Shown piece after piece: positions 29,136 through 38,993 of a DNA stretch of 64,000 nt. Each line of letters opens with the position of its first letter. Positions within the stretch are counted from its first letter, which is position 1. A program made the translations under genes and the position numbers. The DNA comes from Candidatus Tenebribacter davisii (GTDB lineage Bacteria; Cloacimonadota; Cloacimonadia; Cloacimonadales; TCS61), in assembly GCA_030765535.1 (NCBI GenBank), contig JAVCCH010000098.1, positions 38,563-102,562 on the forward strand. Reading direction: 5' to 3'. The notes beneath the pieces were generated by a model. That model did no database searches and was not told the DNA's origin. It saw only the letters and a list, made by a program, of their open reading frames with translations.

Positions 29136-29576
29136 ATGAAACTACATAGAGATTTAAATTTACTGCATCCACATCTACATTCTTGTGTTAAGTTAATTCA
29201 ATCTAAAATAATTGACCCTCATAATGTACCCATTCGCATATTTGAAACTGGCAGAGATCATGAACGTCATCAAATGCTTTTGAAGAAAGGAAAGACTACA
29301 AGTGTTATTTCCAAACATTGGTATAATTTAGAAAATAGTCCTCCTTTGTATGCAACAGCAATATCATATGTTTACTTTGACACAAAATGGTCATGGAATT
29401 TAAGAGACTCTACCACAAATGCATGGTATAATTTGTTTGGAAATCTTGTTCTTGATCTATGTCCAGAGCTTCAATGGGGAGGGTATAGCAGAAAATCAGT
29501 GAATTTTTGTCATTTTGAATTGTCCCGGCCTTTCATTATTGACACTCTGAGCGTAATACCTTGTGTTTTAACGTAG
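29136..29576 (+). CDS. Peptidase M15-like (VanY / L-Ala-D-Glu peptidase family) protein
   Basis: C-terminal LQWGGYSRKSVNFCHFELS resembles the WGG...D.pHfE metal-binding end of M15 peptidases. Confidence 0.35.
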   Translation: MKLHRDLNLLHPHLHSCVKLIQSKIIDPHNVPIRIFETGRDHERHQMLLKKGKTTSVISKHWYNLENSPPLYATAISYVYFDTKWSWNLRDSTTNAWYNLFGNLVLDLCPELQWGGYSRKSVNFCHFELSRPFIIDTLSVIPCVLT

Positions 29577-29595
29577 GTTCATTGAATATTGATGC

Positions 29596-29654
29596 AAGTG
29601 TATGATCGTTATTTTGAATGTCTATTAAACAGCACTTAAAACGATCATACACTT
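29596..29654. promoter_or_regulatory. Perfect 15-bp inverted repeat (aagtgtatgatcgtt / aacgatcatacactt) with a 29-nt loop in the intergenic region
   Basis: Direct reading. No T-run follows, so it is a regulatory hairpin or protein-binding site rather than a canonical terminator. Confidence 0.5.
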
Positions 29655-29802
29655 AAATTTATCTACTTGAAATTTTTACTTGACATTACGTAAAATAATA
29701 GAAATTTCTTGACAAAATTGATTTTAACGTGAAATATAAAGAATCTTTACTGGGTTGATTAACTGATTAAACAATAATAGGAAGAAATGGGTAAAAGGTA
29801 TT

Positions 29803-30852
29803 ATGTCTTTTCTGCTTTTAGAAACTGGTGATGGGCTTTTATTAGAGACAGGTGATAATCTTCTACTTGAGATATCCTTAGTCAATCTTTTTGTTTCTTT
29901 ATCTAATTCTTCTAATACCACTGCCATTGATTTTAATTTAACAAGAGATTTACTGATAAGTTTAAAAAATTCCTCAACCACAACTAATATTGATTTTGCA
30001 TATATTAGAAAACTTCTTGTTAACTTAGAAAATTCGTCCACCACAACAAGTATTGATTTTGTTTTATTACGGGAATTATTTGTTAGTTTGGGAAATGTAT
30101 CCAACACAACTGATATCGACATAATTCTATTAGGAATAATTTTATTTGTTGCAAGTATTTCCAATACATCGTCAACTTCTGATATTGATATTTCATTTAT
30201 AAGGGAGTTTTTTGTTAGTTTGGAGAATAGTACAAATTTAACTGACATAGATATTAGTTTTATAAAGAATTTTTTGGTTTCATTATCAAATATTTCATCT
30301 ACATCTGAAATAGATAAAGTAATTTTAAGGGAATTGTTTGTACGGATTGCTAATAATTCTGAAACATCCAGTATATATGCATCTATTGGTAGAATTTTAT
30401 TTGCTTCATTGACTAACACTTCATATATGTCAGATATTAGCATTGCTTATGCAAGAATATTTTTTGCTTCTATTGCAAATCAATCAAACCTAAGTGCTTT
30501 AGACATAGCAAAAAAGATCAACTTTTATGTAGATCTTACTAATTTTTCAAGTCTTACGGATATTGAATCATATATTAAACGACTCTTATCTGTTAATTTA
30601 ACCAATCAAAGTTTAGTTTCTGATGATATTGAGAAGGTGTTTAGTTCATTCAAACTTTTTGCTTGTGATGTTTTGGGTTTGGACGCAACACAAACCACTT
30701 TCACTACTTCTTTAACACAAGATACTTTTTCTGTTACTTTAGATGATGGTTCTTTTGGAGTTGTTCTAACACAGGACACTCTTACTGTTACTTTGGAAAG
30801 CGAAGACTATACAATTTTACTAACACAAGATGACTTTACAAATAATTGCTAA
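29803..30852 (+). CDS. Tandem-repeat protein: about 12 copies of a 21-aa repeat (LxVSLxNxSxTTxIDxxxxRx), then LTQDTxxVTL repeats at the C-terminus
   Basis: Periodic amino-acid and 63-nt DNA repeats. The antisense ORF 29724..30443 is a repeat artefact. RBS aaaagg before the ATG. Same orientation as the flanking tail genes. Confidence 0.45.
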   Translation: MSFLLLETGDGLLLETGDNLLLEISLVNLFVSLSNSSNTTAIDFNLTRDLLISLKNSSTTTNIDFAYIRKLLVNLENSSTTTSIDFVLLRELFVSLGNVSNTTDIDIILLGIILFVASISNTSSTSDIDISFIREFFVSLENSTNLTDIDISFIKNFLVSLSNISSTSEIDKVILRELFVRIANNSETSSIYASIGRILFASLTNTSYMSDISIAYARIFFASIANQSNLSALDIAKKINFYVDLTNFSSLTDIESYIKRLLSVNLTNQSLVSDDIEKVFSSFKLFACDVLGLDATQTTFTTSLTQDTFSVTLDDGSFGVVLTQDTLTVTLESEDYTILLTQDDFTNNC

Positions 30853-30868
30853 TCAGGAGAATATTTAA

Positions 30869-31693
30869 ATGGGGACTTTAACAAACTTTGCAACAACGAA
30901 ATTGGTAGACCATGTGTTTAAATCCGCATATACCACAATAGCCACTTTATACCTGACTCTTTGCACAACTGCACCAACCGTAGCAAGTACTGGTTCAAAT
31001 ATTGTGGAAACTGATTATGGTGATTATGCAAGGACTTCGTTTACATCCACTTTCTTCAATGCTGCTGCATTAAGAAAGATTGTTCAGGCATTAGACATTG
31101 AGTTTGAAACAGCAACAGGAGTCAGCGCCAGTAATATTACTCATTATGCTATATGTGATGCGTTAACTGGTGGTAATGTTCTTGGGTTTGGATCATTCAT
31201 TACACCTTGGAATGTTGTATCAGGAAACACACCAAAAATAGTTGCTGGAAAGATTGAGATTTCGTTAAATGCAAGTGTTGATGGATTCACGGATATTGCC
31301 GTTCATAAAATGTTGAATCTTATGTTCAGAAATGTAGCGTGGACAACTCCAAGTACAACTCTTCATTTTGGTCTTGCAAAAACAATTATTGCAGATGCGG
31401 AATCCATGACTGATATTAATGAATGTTCTGGGAATAATTATGCACGACAACCTGTACCAGCATCAAGTTTTGACGCAGCAGTAGCAGGAGTTACGACCAA
31501 TAATGTGGATATTACTTTTAATGTTCCTACTGATACCTGGGGATTAGTTACTTCCTTAATCGTTGTAAATAATTTATCAGGAACCACAGGAGATTTACTG
31601 GCATTTGACAATACACATATTGTAGATCAGACCCCTACCACAGATGATACAGTTACAATTCCATCCGGTGGGTTTGATTGTGATCTTGACTAA
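30869..31693 (+). CDS. Hypothetical structural protein (274 aa)
   Basis: Strong RBS AGGAGAatatttaaATG. Thr/Ser/Val-rich. Confidence 0.4.
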   Translation: MGTLTNFATTKLVDHVFKSAYTTIATLYLTLCTTAPTVASTGSNIVETDYGDYARTSFTSTFFNAAALRKIVQALDIEFETATGVSASNITHYAICDALTGGNVLGFGSFITPWNVVSGNTPKIVAGKIEISLNASVDGFTDIAVHKMLNLMFRNVAWTTPSTTLHFGLAKTIIADAESMTDINECSGNNYARQPVPASSFDAAVAGVTTNNVDITFNVPTDTWGLVTSLIVVNNLSGTTGDLLAFDNTHIVDQTPTTDDTVTIPSGGFDCDLD

Positions 31694-31706
31694 AAGGAGT
31701 TAATCA

Positions 31707-32039
31707 ATGGCAACCGACACAGTAATATGTTATGAAGACCGTGATAATTCATTTTTTGTTACATTAAAGATAAATGATGTAACATTGACAGAAGGTCAAA
31801 TGGATTTGCTTACTAAATTTGAAATCAAATATTCTGGTGTTTATTATGATTCTGATGATTTTCCTTTAGCTTTTGTTCGTGATGATGAAAATGGAACAGT
31901 ACAAATTAAACCCGTTGAATTAGGGTTGGTCGTAGGCTCTGATAAGACCGAGTTTCTTGTTTATGATGCTGGTGCATATTCAAATGGATTGATGTGGGAT
32001 CAGTTCAAACTAAAAATGAAAGGTGATGTTACCATTTAA
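31707..32039 (+). CDS. Hypothetical protein (110 aa)
   Basis: RBS AAGGAG. Tightly packed in the operon. Confidence 0.4.
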   Translation: MATDTVICYEDRDNSFFVTLKINDVTLTEGQMDLLTKFEIKYSGVYYDSDDFPLAFVRDDENGTVQIKPVELGLVVGSDKTEFLVYDAGAYSNGLMWDQFKLKMKGDVTI

Positions 32040-32050
32040 GGGAGTATGTT

Positions 32051-35000
32051 ATGGCTGATGAAAAACTGACAGGTATACCACAATTAACAACACCTCCAAT
32101 AGCTGCGGATTTAATTTATGTTGTAATTGATATTGTTGGAACTCCCACAAGCATGTCCACTACTTTTGCGAATCTGGTTCTTGGGATTACTCTCGATGCC
32201 AGCGCAATAGAAATAACAGATTTAGCTGATTATTATGTTGCAGAAGATGTGGAGGGTGTCTTTGCGGAAATAGGAGAAACCAGAAGTATTAATGGATATG
32301 ATTTAACTGATCCTGATTCCCTTCCTGATTTAGCTTTTAATAATAGCACTCTGACATTTAGCTGTTCTGTTAAAAGTGGTCAATCAAGTTTTCATTTTTG
32401 GGCAGATGATAAGAAAATAATTAAAACTACGTCACAAAGCGTAGTTATTCCTGATATCACAGGCACATATTATATCATTTTTGATACCACAGGCACCCTT
32501 ATATATGTCAACCAAGATGCTGTAGCCCAAGATGACTTTTATGAACACGCTATTACTGGTTTGGTTTATTGGAATAAAACAGCCCAGGCAAGTATGGTTG
32601 GTGATGAAAGACATGGTATCTTAATGGACCCCAGAACCCATCATTATAATCACAGCACATTTGGGTCAAGATATGAAAGTGGTCTAAATATTAATGGGTT
32701 AGCTGATGCCAGTCCTACGTATACTGAAACAACAAGTGGATTTTTCTGGGATGAAGACATTCGACATACTCTTGCATTACAAAGCACTCATCCATTTATT
32801 TATAAATTAGGCGCAACTGGTGAATGGACTGGCACAACCCCCGATAACAAGGTTGGGTTTGAGAATGGAACTGGTGATGTTGTGTACAATGAGTGGACTG
32901 GCACAACTTGGCAATTAACCCAGAGTGCTGCTGCTACTGACTTTATGATTTACTTCATGATAGCAACCCCTGATATTCTTGGGTATAATGTTAAAAAAAT
33001 CATAGGTCAAAACGGTTATTCCACAAGAGGCAATGCAAGAGCAGCAATAGAAAGTGAGCTACAGAAACTCGTAATGGAAGGTCTTCCTTCACCTGAATTT
33101 ATATTCCTTTATGCTTATATTGTAAAAAGAAATGGTGATTTAGAGGACATGGCAGATGGCAGTCTCTACCTCGATTTACGCACAAGTAAAGGGGGTGTAG
33201 GAGGTAGTGTTAGTGGATTATCCAGTGTAGCTGCTGATGTAAGTATTGCTGATGCTGGAAATATTATAACTGCTACAGAAGTTGAGGGGGCATTACAGGA
33301 AAACCGCACAGCAATTGATTTTAATACTGCAAAAGTAACCAATGCAACACATACTGGTGAGGTTACTGGCTCTGAGGTATTAACAATCACTGACAATGTG
33401 ATTGATGAGTCCAATTTAAAACTGGATGAAGCGGGTTCTAATGATTATATATTAACAAAAGATACAGCGAAAACTGGTGGTATGAAGTGGTCTGCTCCTG
33501 CGGATGTTTCAGTAGAATTGGGTTTTGTAAACAAATCAAATTGGGTAGACGATGAACAAATCACAATCACTCTGGATACTCCCGCTGATGCTATTACTGA
33601 GGCCCATGTATCTGTCTATGAGGAAGTTCCCCAAGATACCCTTACAAATAATTCTTGGGACATCACAACAGGAGATACAGGTTTTACACTGGAAGACACA
33701 GCTTATGCTGTAACCCTGACACCAGGAGCCGTAACAGGCGGCTCAGTGAGCTTTACACTTGGATCTGGGTCTTGGGCATCAACAGATGTTTCTAAGATTA
33801 TCAAAAATGTGAGTTCTGGTGAAACTGGAGAAGCAAGAATTATCTCCATAGCAAGTGGTGTTGCTACTTGTCAGATTAGCATAGATTTTACCAACACTGA
33901 TGCAATTGCAAGTGGTGATTGGGAGATGGTTGCTGGTGAGTTTGTTAATGGTGCATTTGAATTGGGGTTTGCTGTTGATCCAGCTGTTGCTGGTGGTATT
34001 GCTGCTGTTTTTGAGAGTGCAAGTACATATTATACATCAGTAGTTATGATATCCGCTACCAAAGCAATTGTTTGCTACCAAGATGTTGGTAACTCCAGTT
34101 ATGGAACAGCTTGCATCTTAGACATTTCTGGTTCAACCATCACACCAGGAACACCAGCGGTTTTTGCGAGTTCTATTGTTACAACTACCTCAGTGGCAAT
34201 GCTAACATCAACCAAAGCAATTGTTTGCTACCAAGATGATGGTAATTTAGAATACGGCACAGCCTGTATCTTAGACATTTCTGGTTCAACCATCACACCA
34301 GGAACACCAGCGGTTTTTGCGAGTTCTGAAATCTTTTGGTCTTCAGTAGCGATGCTAACATCAACTAAAGCAATTGTTTGCTACAGAGATGATGATACTT
34401 CAAACTATGGCACAGCTTGCGTGTTAGACATTTCAGGGTCTATAATCACTCCAGCAACACCAGTGGTATTTGATAGCACATATGTTAACAGTCCATCAGT
34501 AGCGATGCTAACATCAACCAAAGCAATTGTTTGCTACCAAGATGTTGGTAACTCCAGTTATGGAACAGCTTGCATCTTAGACATTTCTGGTTCAACAATA
34601 ACACCAGGAACACCAGCAGTTTTTGAGAGTGCATCTACCACATATACCTCAGTGGCAATGCTAACATCTACAAAAGCAATTGTTTGCTATCGGGATAACG
34701 GTAATTTAGAATACGGCACAGCCTGTATCTTAGACATCGTTACTTCGACAATTACCCCAGGAACACCAGTGGTCTTTGAGAGTGCAAGTACATATTATAC
34801 CTCAGTAGCAATGCTGACATCAGATCAGGCAATTGTTTGCTATAGAGATGTTGGTAACTCCAGTTACGGCACAGCTTGTGTGTTAGACATCGCTACCTCG
34901 ACGATCACCCCAGGAACACCAGCAGTTTTTGAAAGTGCAAGGTCTGACTATGTTGCAGTAACAGCACTGTCCTATTCAAAAGTAATAACCGTGTATAAAG

Positions 35001-35680
35001 ATTTAGGCAACTCAGGCTACGGAACATCAGTAATAATAGATACATCCTCAACAGCATACCTCGACAACCAATTCATCCCCACAATCTCAGGCTCAGATTC
35101 AGTAGACACAGACCTGTACACTGATTTAGTTTCCATGACAACAACCGAGACACTAAATGATCAGACCATAAACTACGCCTTCTCCTTTGATCCAACTTTC
35201 ATTGATATGGAATTGAATGGCGGGACATTTATAGTTGTCGGTTCAGGTGAAACAATTGCAAGAAATATAATCAGTTCACTTAACTCAATCCATGGGGGTG
35301 TAGAAGGAAATTGGTACATCAATACTAATTCTGTGTATGCTTCTGAAACATGGACGGCAGCAACAATAAACAACCCTTATGCAGCATTATCACAAGCAAT
35401 GGAAACAGTCAATAATACCATGAGTGGCACAGCCACAAATGCCGTAGCAGATGCTAACTGGCCCTCTTTTGGGTCTTATTTTGCTGCATCAATTATCCTT
35501 CACACAGATGATGACACGGTTACACCAAGTGCAGACAAAATCAGCTTTGAGTATGAGGCGAATGCCTTCAATGTCTTGAGCCATGAATATGAAGTTATTA
35601 TGAACACTGTGGATACTGTTCTTGTTACAGCACCGAGTTCTGGTGGTCCAAGGAATGCCAGAGTTTACATAAGCAAATAG
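32051..35680 (+). CDS. Large fibre / receptor-binding candidate with 8 near-identical repeats of about 50 aa (beta-propeller-like)
   Basis: The repeat unit SVAMLTSTKAIVCYQDxGNxxYGTACILDISGSTITPGTPAVFxS occurs 8 times (about 34000-35000), nearly identical at the DNA level. RBS GGGAG. Confidence 0.5.
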   Translation: MADEKLTGIPQLTTPPIAADLIYVVIDIVGTPTSMSTTFANLVLGITLDASAIEITDLADYYVAEDVEGVFAEIGETRSINGYDLTDPDSLPDLAFNNSTLTFSCSVKSGQSSFHFWADDKKIIKTTSQSVVIPDITGTYYIIFDTTGTLIYVNQDAVAQDDFYEHAITGLVYWNKTAQASMVGDERHGILMDPRTHHYNHSTFGSRYESGLNINGLADASPTYTETTSGFFWDEDIRHTLALQSTHPFIYKLGATGEWTGTTPDNKVGFENGTGDVVYNEWTGTTWQLTQSAAATDFMIYFMIATPDILGYNVKKIIGQNGYSTRGNARAAIESELQKLVMEGLPSPEFIFLYAYIVKRNGDLEDMADGSLYLDLRTSKGGVGGSVSGLSSVAADVSIADAGNIITATEVEGALQENRTAIDFNTAKVTNATHTGEVTGSEVLTITDNVIDESNLKLDEAGSNDYILTKDTAKTGGMKWSAPADVSVELGFVNKSNWVDDEQITITLDTPADAITEAHVSVYEEVPQDTLTNNSWDITTGDTGFTLEDTAYAVTLTPGAVTGGSVSFTLGSGSWASTDVSKIIKNVSSGETGEARIISIASGVATCQISIDFTNTDAIASGDWEMVAGEFVNGAFELGFAVDPAVAGGIAAVFESASTYYTSVVMISATKAIVCYQDVGNSSYGTACILDISGSTITPGTPAVFASSIVTTTSVAMLTSTKAIVCYQDDGNLEYGTACILDISGSTITPGTPAVFASSEIFWSSVAMLTSTKAIVCYRDDDTSNYGTACVLDISGSIITPATPVVFDSTYVNSPSVAMLTSTKAIVCYQDVGNSSYGTACILDISGSTITPGTPAVFESASTTYTSVAMLTSTKAIVCYRDNGNLEYGTACILDIVTSTITPGTPVVFESASTYYTSVAMLTSDQAIVCYRDVGNSSYGTACVLDIATSTITPGTPAVFESARSDYVAVTALSYSKVITVYKDLGNSGYGTSVIIDTSSTAYLDNQFIPTISGSDSVDTDLYTDLVSMTTTETLNDQTINYAFSFDPTFIDMELNGGTFIVVGSGETIARNIISSLNSIHGGVEGNWYINTNSVYASETWTAATINNPYAALSQAMETVNNTMSGTATNAVADANWPSFGSYFAASIILHTDDDTVTPSADKISFEYEANAFNVLSHEYEVIMNTVDTVLVTAPSSGGPRNARVYISK

Positions 35681-35689
35681 GGGATCATT

Positions 35690-35854
35690 ATGAAACATAC
35701 AAAAGAAGAGTTGCAAGCGATAATTGACGGGAAAAAACCTGCCGATTTACTGATGGAACTAATTGATCTGCTGATAGATAAAAAGATTATTAAAGAAAAA
35801 GATTTTAGCGGAAAAGCCCAAAAGCAAAAGAAGGTTAAAAAGGATAAGAAATGA
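35690..35854 (+). CDS. Small Lys-rich protein (54 aa)
   Basis: ATG 4 nt after the upstream stop. Below the ORF-track size cut-off. Confidence 0.25.
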   Translation: MKHTKEELQAIIDGKKPADLLMELIDLLIDKKIIKEKDFSGKAQKQKKVKKDKK

Positions 35855-36092
35855 AAATAATCTGGGCGTTTGACATTTACAGTATACCAAGACATCATTG
35901 TAAAATGGAAAAACAAAGACAATACTTTTGTTGATTTGACCATAGAGGATATCTGTAAGTTACAAGAACTGGCACTTAACAAGATACAAGAAGTTTGGAC
36001 AAAGTGGGGATAACAGATGGCCCTACCAAATGACAAAACTATTAAAAGCGGTTATCGAGAAATAGTTTAATTTTTAATGAGGAGACACCTTT

Positions 36093-36359
36093 ATGCCACC
36101 CACTCCCTTGACAACTGGTCAGATACTTTGGGGCCTAAATTCTTTTTTGTTTATTGTATGCTTCTTCTTTGTGAAGGTTTGGATTAATAATTTAGGTCAT
36201 AATATGAATAAGATGGAGGCCAATCTGAATCTTAAACTTGATAAAATCACATGTGCCGAACGAAATGCTGATGTGAAATTGGACTGTGCGTCTATGGCAA
36301 AACACAAACACGCCACAACCAGAGAAGATGGCTCTGGCGGAGAGGTGATTCTTGGATAA
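36093..36359 (+). CDS. Putative holin (88 aa, single TM LWGLNSFLFIVCFFFVKVWI)
   Basis: RBS GAGGAG. One hydrophobic helix and a charged C-terminus. Located at the start of the lysis cluster. Confidence 0.35.
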   Translation: MPPTPLTTGQILWGLNSFLFIVCFFFVKVWINNLGHNMNKMEANLNLKLDKITCAERNADVKLDCASMAKHKHATTREDGSGGEVILG

Positions 36360-36375
36360 CAAGGGGGAAGAAGAT

Positions 36376-36846
36376 ATGAAAAGGCTACAAGAAAAAACTC
36401 TGTTTAATCGGCGCAGAACAGATTCCTATATATTTCATTGGGTAATCAGGGCAACTGCGGTTAGTTTCATTGGGGTGTATTTATTAATAACATACTGGTT
36501 ATTTTGGCCATATGTTCCTATCACCTGTGATAAAATAACCATCCTTAATGCAGATAAGCAAGTTGCAGTTGGTGACATGCTTTGGTATCGGGCAGATTTA
36601 GATAAAAAAATGAATATAGAATCTGTTGTGTATCACCAGCTATTAAATGATTTTGTTATTGATTATTCCCCTTCCCCCGGAACTCTTCCTGTAGGAAAAC
36701 GCACTATTACCTACCCTTTAGAAATACCAAATTATGCACAGCCAGGGGTATACAAATTAAAATGGGAGGGGCATTACCAAGTTAACCCTCTCAGAGAAAT
36801 AATTGTGACAGTTTGGAGTGAACCTTTTATGGTGGTGACAAAATGA
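36376..36846 (+). CDS. Type-II membrane protein (156 aa) in the lysis cluster, possibly spanin-like
   Basis: RBS AAGGGGGAAGAAG before the ATG at 36376 (the ORF track calls a TTG at 36352). N-terminal TM segment VIRATAVSFIGVYLLITYWLFW. Confidence 0.35.
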   Translation: MKRLQEKTLFNRRRTDSYIFHWVIRATAVSFIGVYLLITYWLFWPYVPITCDKITILNADKQVAVGDMLWYRADLDKKMNIESVVYHQLLNDFVIDYSPSPGTLPVGKRTITYPLEIPNYAQPGVYKLKWEGHYQVNPLREIIVTVWSEPFMVVTK

Positions 36847-37196
36847 GTGTATCAAAAAAACAACGAGAATTTACTGTGTGCTGTGCCAAGTTAGTTTTGT
36901 TTGCTGATTCTAAAGGTTACGGATTAACAACAGGAGATGGGTATAGAGATCCGAGATTGCATGGAGAATTTGGGGAAGATGGTGGGTACGGTTCAAAGAA
37001 TAGTGTCCATAAAAAACGTCTTGCCCAGGATTACAATCTTTTTATTGGTGATGACTATATCACTGATGGAGATAATCCTGTATACACTGAGCTTGGGGAA
37101 TATTGGGAAAGTCTCCATGAAGATGCCCGATGGGGCGGAAGGTTCAAATCGGTAGACTCGAATCACTTTTCATTTGAACTCTGGGGATGTAAATGA
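36843..37196 (+). CDS. Endolysin, peptidase M15 family (L-alanyl-D-glutamate peptidase type)
   Basis: Motifs GYRDPRLH, SVHKKRLAQDYNLF (S.H..G.A.D-like) and DSNHFSFE (D..HfE). No cell-wall-binding domain. Confidence 0.55.
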   Translation: MSVSKKQREFTVCCAKLVLFADSKGYGLTTGDGYRDPRLHGEFGEDGGYGSKNSVHKKRLAQDYNLFIGDDYITDGDNPVYTELGEYWESLHEDARWGGRFKSVDSNHFSFELWGCK

Positions 37197-37363
37197 GTAC
37201 GCCGTCTGATTTAGAAGATCATATGGATTTAGTTCGTTTGATATCAGAAGAATCAGAATTGCTGGATACTGAAACTTCACCTGATAGAATAAAAAGACAC
37301 ACTCGAATAATGTATTTTCTTCTGGAGTTGCAATCGTATACATCAAAAGGATTAATTTTATGA
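37193..37363 (+). CDS. Small protein (56 aa), translationally coupled on both sides (ATGA overlaps)
   Basis: ATG overlaps the endolysin stop, and its own stop overlaps the next ATG. Confidence 0.3.
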   Translation: MSTPSDLEDHMDLVRLISEESELLDTETSPDRIKRHTRIMYFLLELQSYTSKGLIL

Positions 37364-37896
37364 AAACCATATGCATAAGAACTTACAAGAATGAATTACA
37401 TTTCCCTATCATGCAAGGAGTTCCCATTAAGAAAGAAACAAATCTGTTTAAGAGATTCATTAAGTTTCTTATTTTTAGACGTAGATGGACAGTTTTGTGT
37501 GACTATTGTTTATGGGTTCCTGCACTTGGAAAATGGATATTTGTTCCTATGGATTTTATATTTGATGGTGCAAGTGTTCCAAAGATACTAAATGGTATTT
37601 ACAGTCCTACTGGAATGTTATTGTTAGGTGCTGTTCCACATGACTTTGGTTATAGATACAAAGGATTACTCCATGTAAATTATTTAGGAGAGATTTATTT
37701 TGTTTCTTATACTAAATCACAATTAGATTCTATCTTTCATATTCTAAATACATATGAAAGTGGAATGCCCCACGCATCTTATGTTGCCAAGTTTGTTTTA
37801 ACTCTCGTAGGGTTTCTTGGTTGGAGAGAAAACAGAAAATCAAATAGAATTTTAATGACTGATCATCCAGAAATATTTATAGAAGATAATATTTAA
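37360..37896 (+). CDS. DUF1353-like protein (178 aa)
   Basis: Motif FIFDGASVPKILNGIYSPTGMLLLGAVPHDFGYRY resembles the DGAS.P...HD core of DUF1353 proteins. Confidence 0.3.
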   Translation: MKTICIRTYKNELHFPIMQGVPIKKETNLFKRFIKFLIFRRRWTVLCDYCLWVPALGKWIFVPMDFIFDGASVPKILNGIYSPTGMLLLGAVPHDFGYRYKGLLHVNYLGEIYFVSYTKSQLDSIFHILNTYESGMPHASYVAKFVLTLVGFLGWRENRKSNRILMTDHPEIFIEDNI

Positions 37897-37918
37897 CCCT
37901 AAGTAAAGGAAAGGAAAA

Positions 37919-38929
37919 ATGACATTAGCAGAAAGGAATTGGAATTACAATTTACAAAACGGAAACTTTGGTGTAGGTGGAAACTTTTTCCAGGCAGTTA
38001 AACATATTGCTGCTGATTACTCTTACAATCCTGGTGATGGTCTTTTGTGCATAGACACAAGTGTTGGTAATGTAACAATTACACTGCCTCCGATTGCAGG
38101 TTGGCCGAATCAAGATTACAGAATCATACTTCCCATCATGCATACAGCAGGATTAAATGGAGTATATGTTCAATTGTCAGGTGACGAGACATTTCTTCTT
38201 GGTAATACTACTTTTCTTTTAGGTGCTGCTCCTTTCTCTTTTGATTTCTACGTTATTAATTCGGATGATTTGTCTACTTATGGACTAATTAGTGATCTTA
38301 CTATTAAAGCCACTACAGCAATGGTTGATGCTTTTGCTGCTGCTTCCTGGGCAACTATCGCTGTGATTCCTTTTGGTATTGAACTTGAGAATACTGGACC
38401 TGAACTTTTGGTATACCAAGCAGATGGTTCTGGTGTTATTGCAAGTGCCGTAACTGGGACAGGTATTGTCACTTTTACTGATGAAGCTCATGGATTATCT
38501 GTAGGAGAAACTATCACAATTGCGGGAACAACCAGTTATAATGATGAATATGTGGTAACTGCCATTCCTGATGTTGATACATTTTCGATTGCAGAAACTT
38601 TTGTCGCTGATGAATCAGGTACATGGACTCGATCTGCCAGATATACAGTTCTTGCGCCTGGATTGTATACAATGTCTTTTACTGCTCAGATTGATTCTAC
38701 TGGTGGTGCTGCATGGGGAGCAACTGGATCTATTTACGTGGATGATACCATAATCAGTAATGCTATTGTTTCTGTATCAGGAATTGCTGGAGAGAATAAA
38801 TCAATGAATCTTGTCCCTGTTGAAACGTATCTCACCGCAGGACAGGTTGTAACTGTTAAGATGGATAATGATACTCTGACAGGTGATTTAACTGAAGTTG
38901 TCTTAAACATAGCAATGAAAGCCCTCTAA
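37919..38929 (+). CDS. Hypothetical tail/fibre-associated protein (336 aa)
   Basis: RBS AAGGAAAGGAAAAATG. Gly/Thr/Ala-rich. Confidence 0.4.
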   Translation: MTLAERNWNYNLQNGNFGVGGNFFQAVKHIAADYSYNPGDGLLCIDTSVGNVTITLPPIAGWPNQDYRIILPIMHTAGLNGVYVQLSGDETFLLGNTTFLLGAAPFSFDFYVINSDDLSTYGLISDLTIKATTAMVDAFAAASWATIAVIPFGIELENTGPELLVYQADGSGVIASAVTGTGIVTFTDEAHGLSVGETITIAGTTSYNDEYVVTAIPDVDTFSIAETFVADESGTWTRSARYTVLAPGLYTMSFTAQIDSTGGAAWGATGSIYVDDTIISNAIVSVSGIAGENKSMNLVPVETYLTAGQVVTVKMDNDTLTGDLTEVVLNIAMKAL

Positions 38930-38993
38930 TTGGGGGGAAACCTATATGACTTAAAAATTAAAACAAAGATACTTAACAAAGGGGAGTTTTACT

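Noticed and set aside
29724-30443. 239-aa minus-strand ORF overlapping the 21-aa repeat gene
   Set aside because: Both strands are open because of the 63-nt periodic DNA. The + strand ORF has an RBS, matches operon orientation and is longer.
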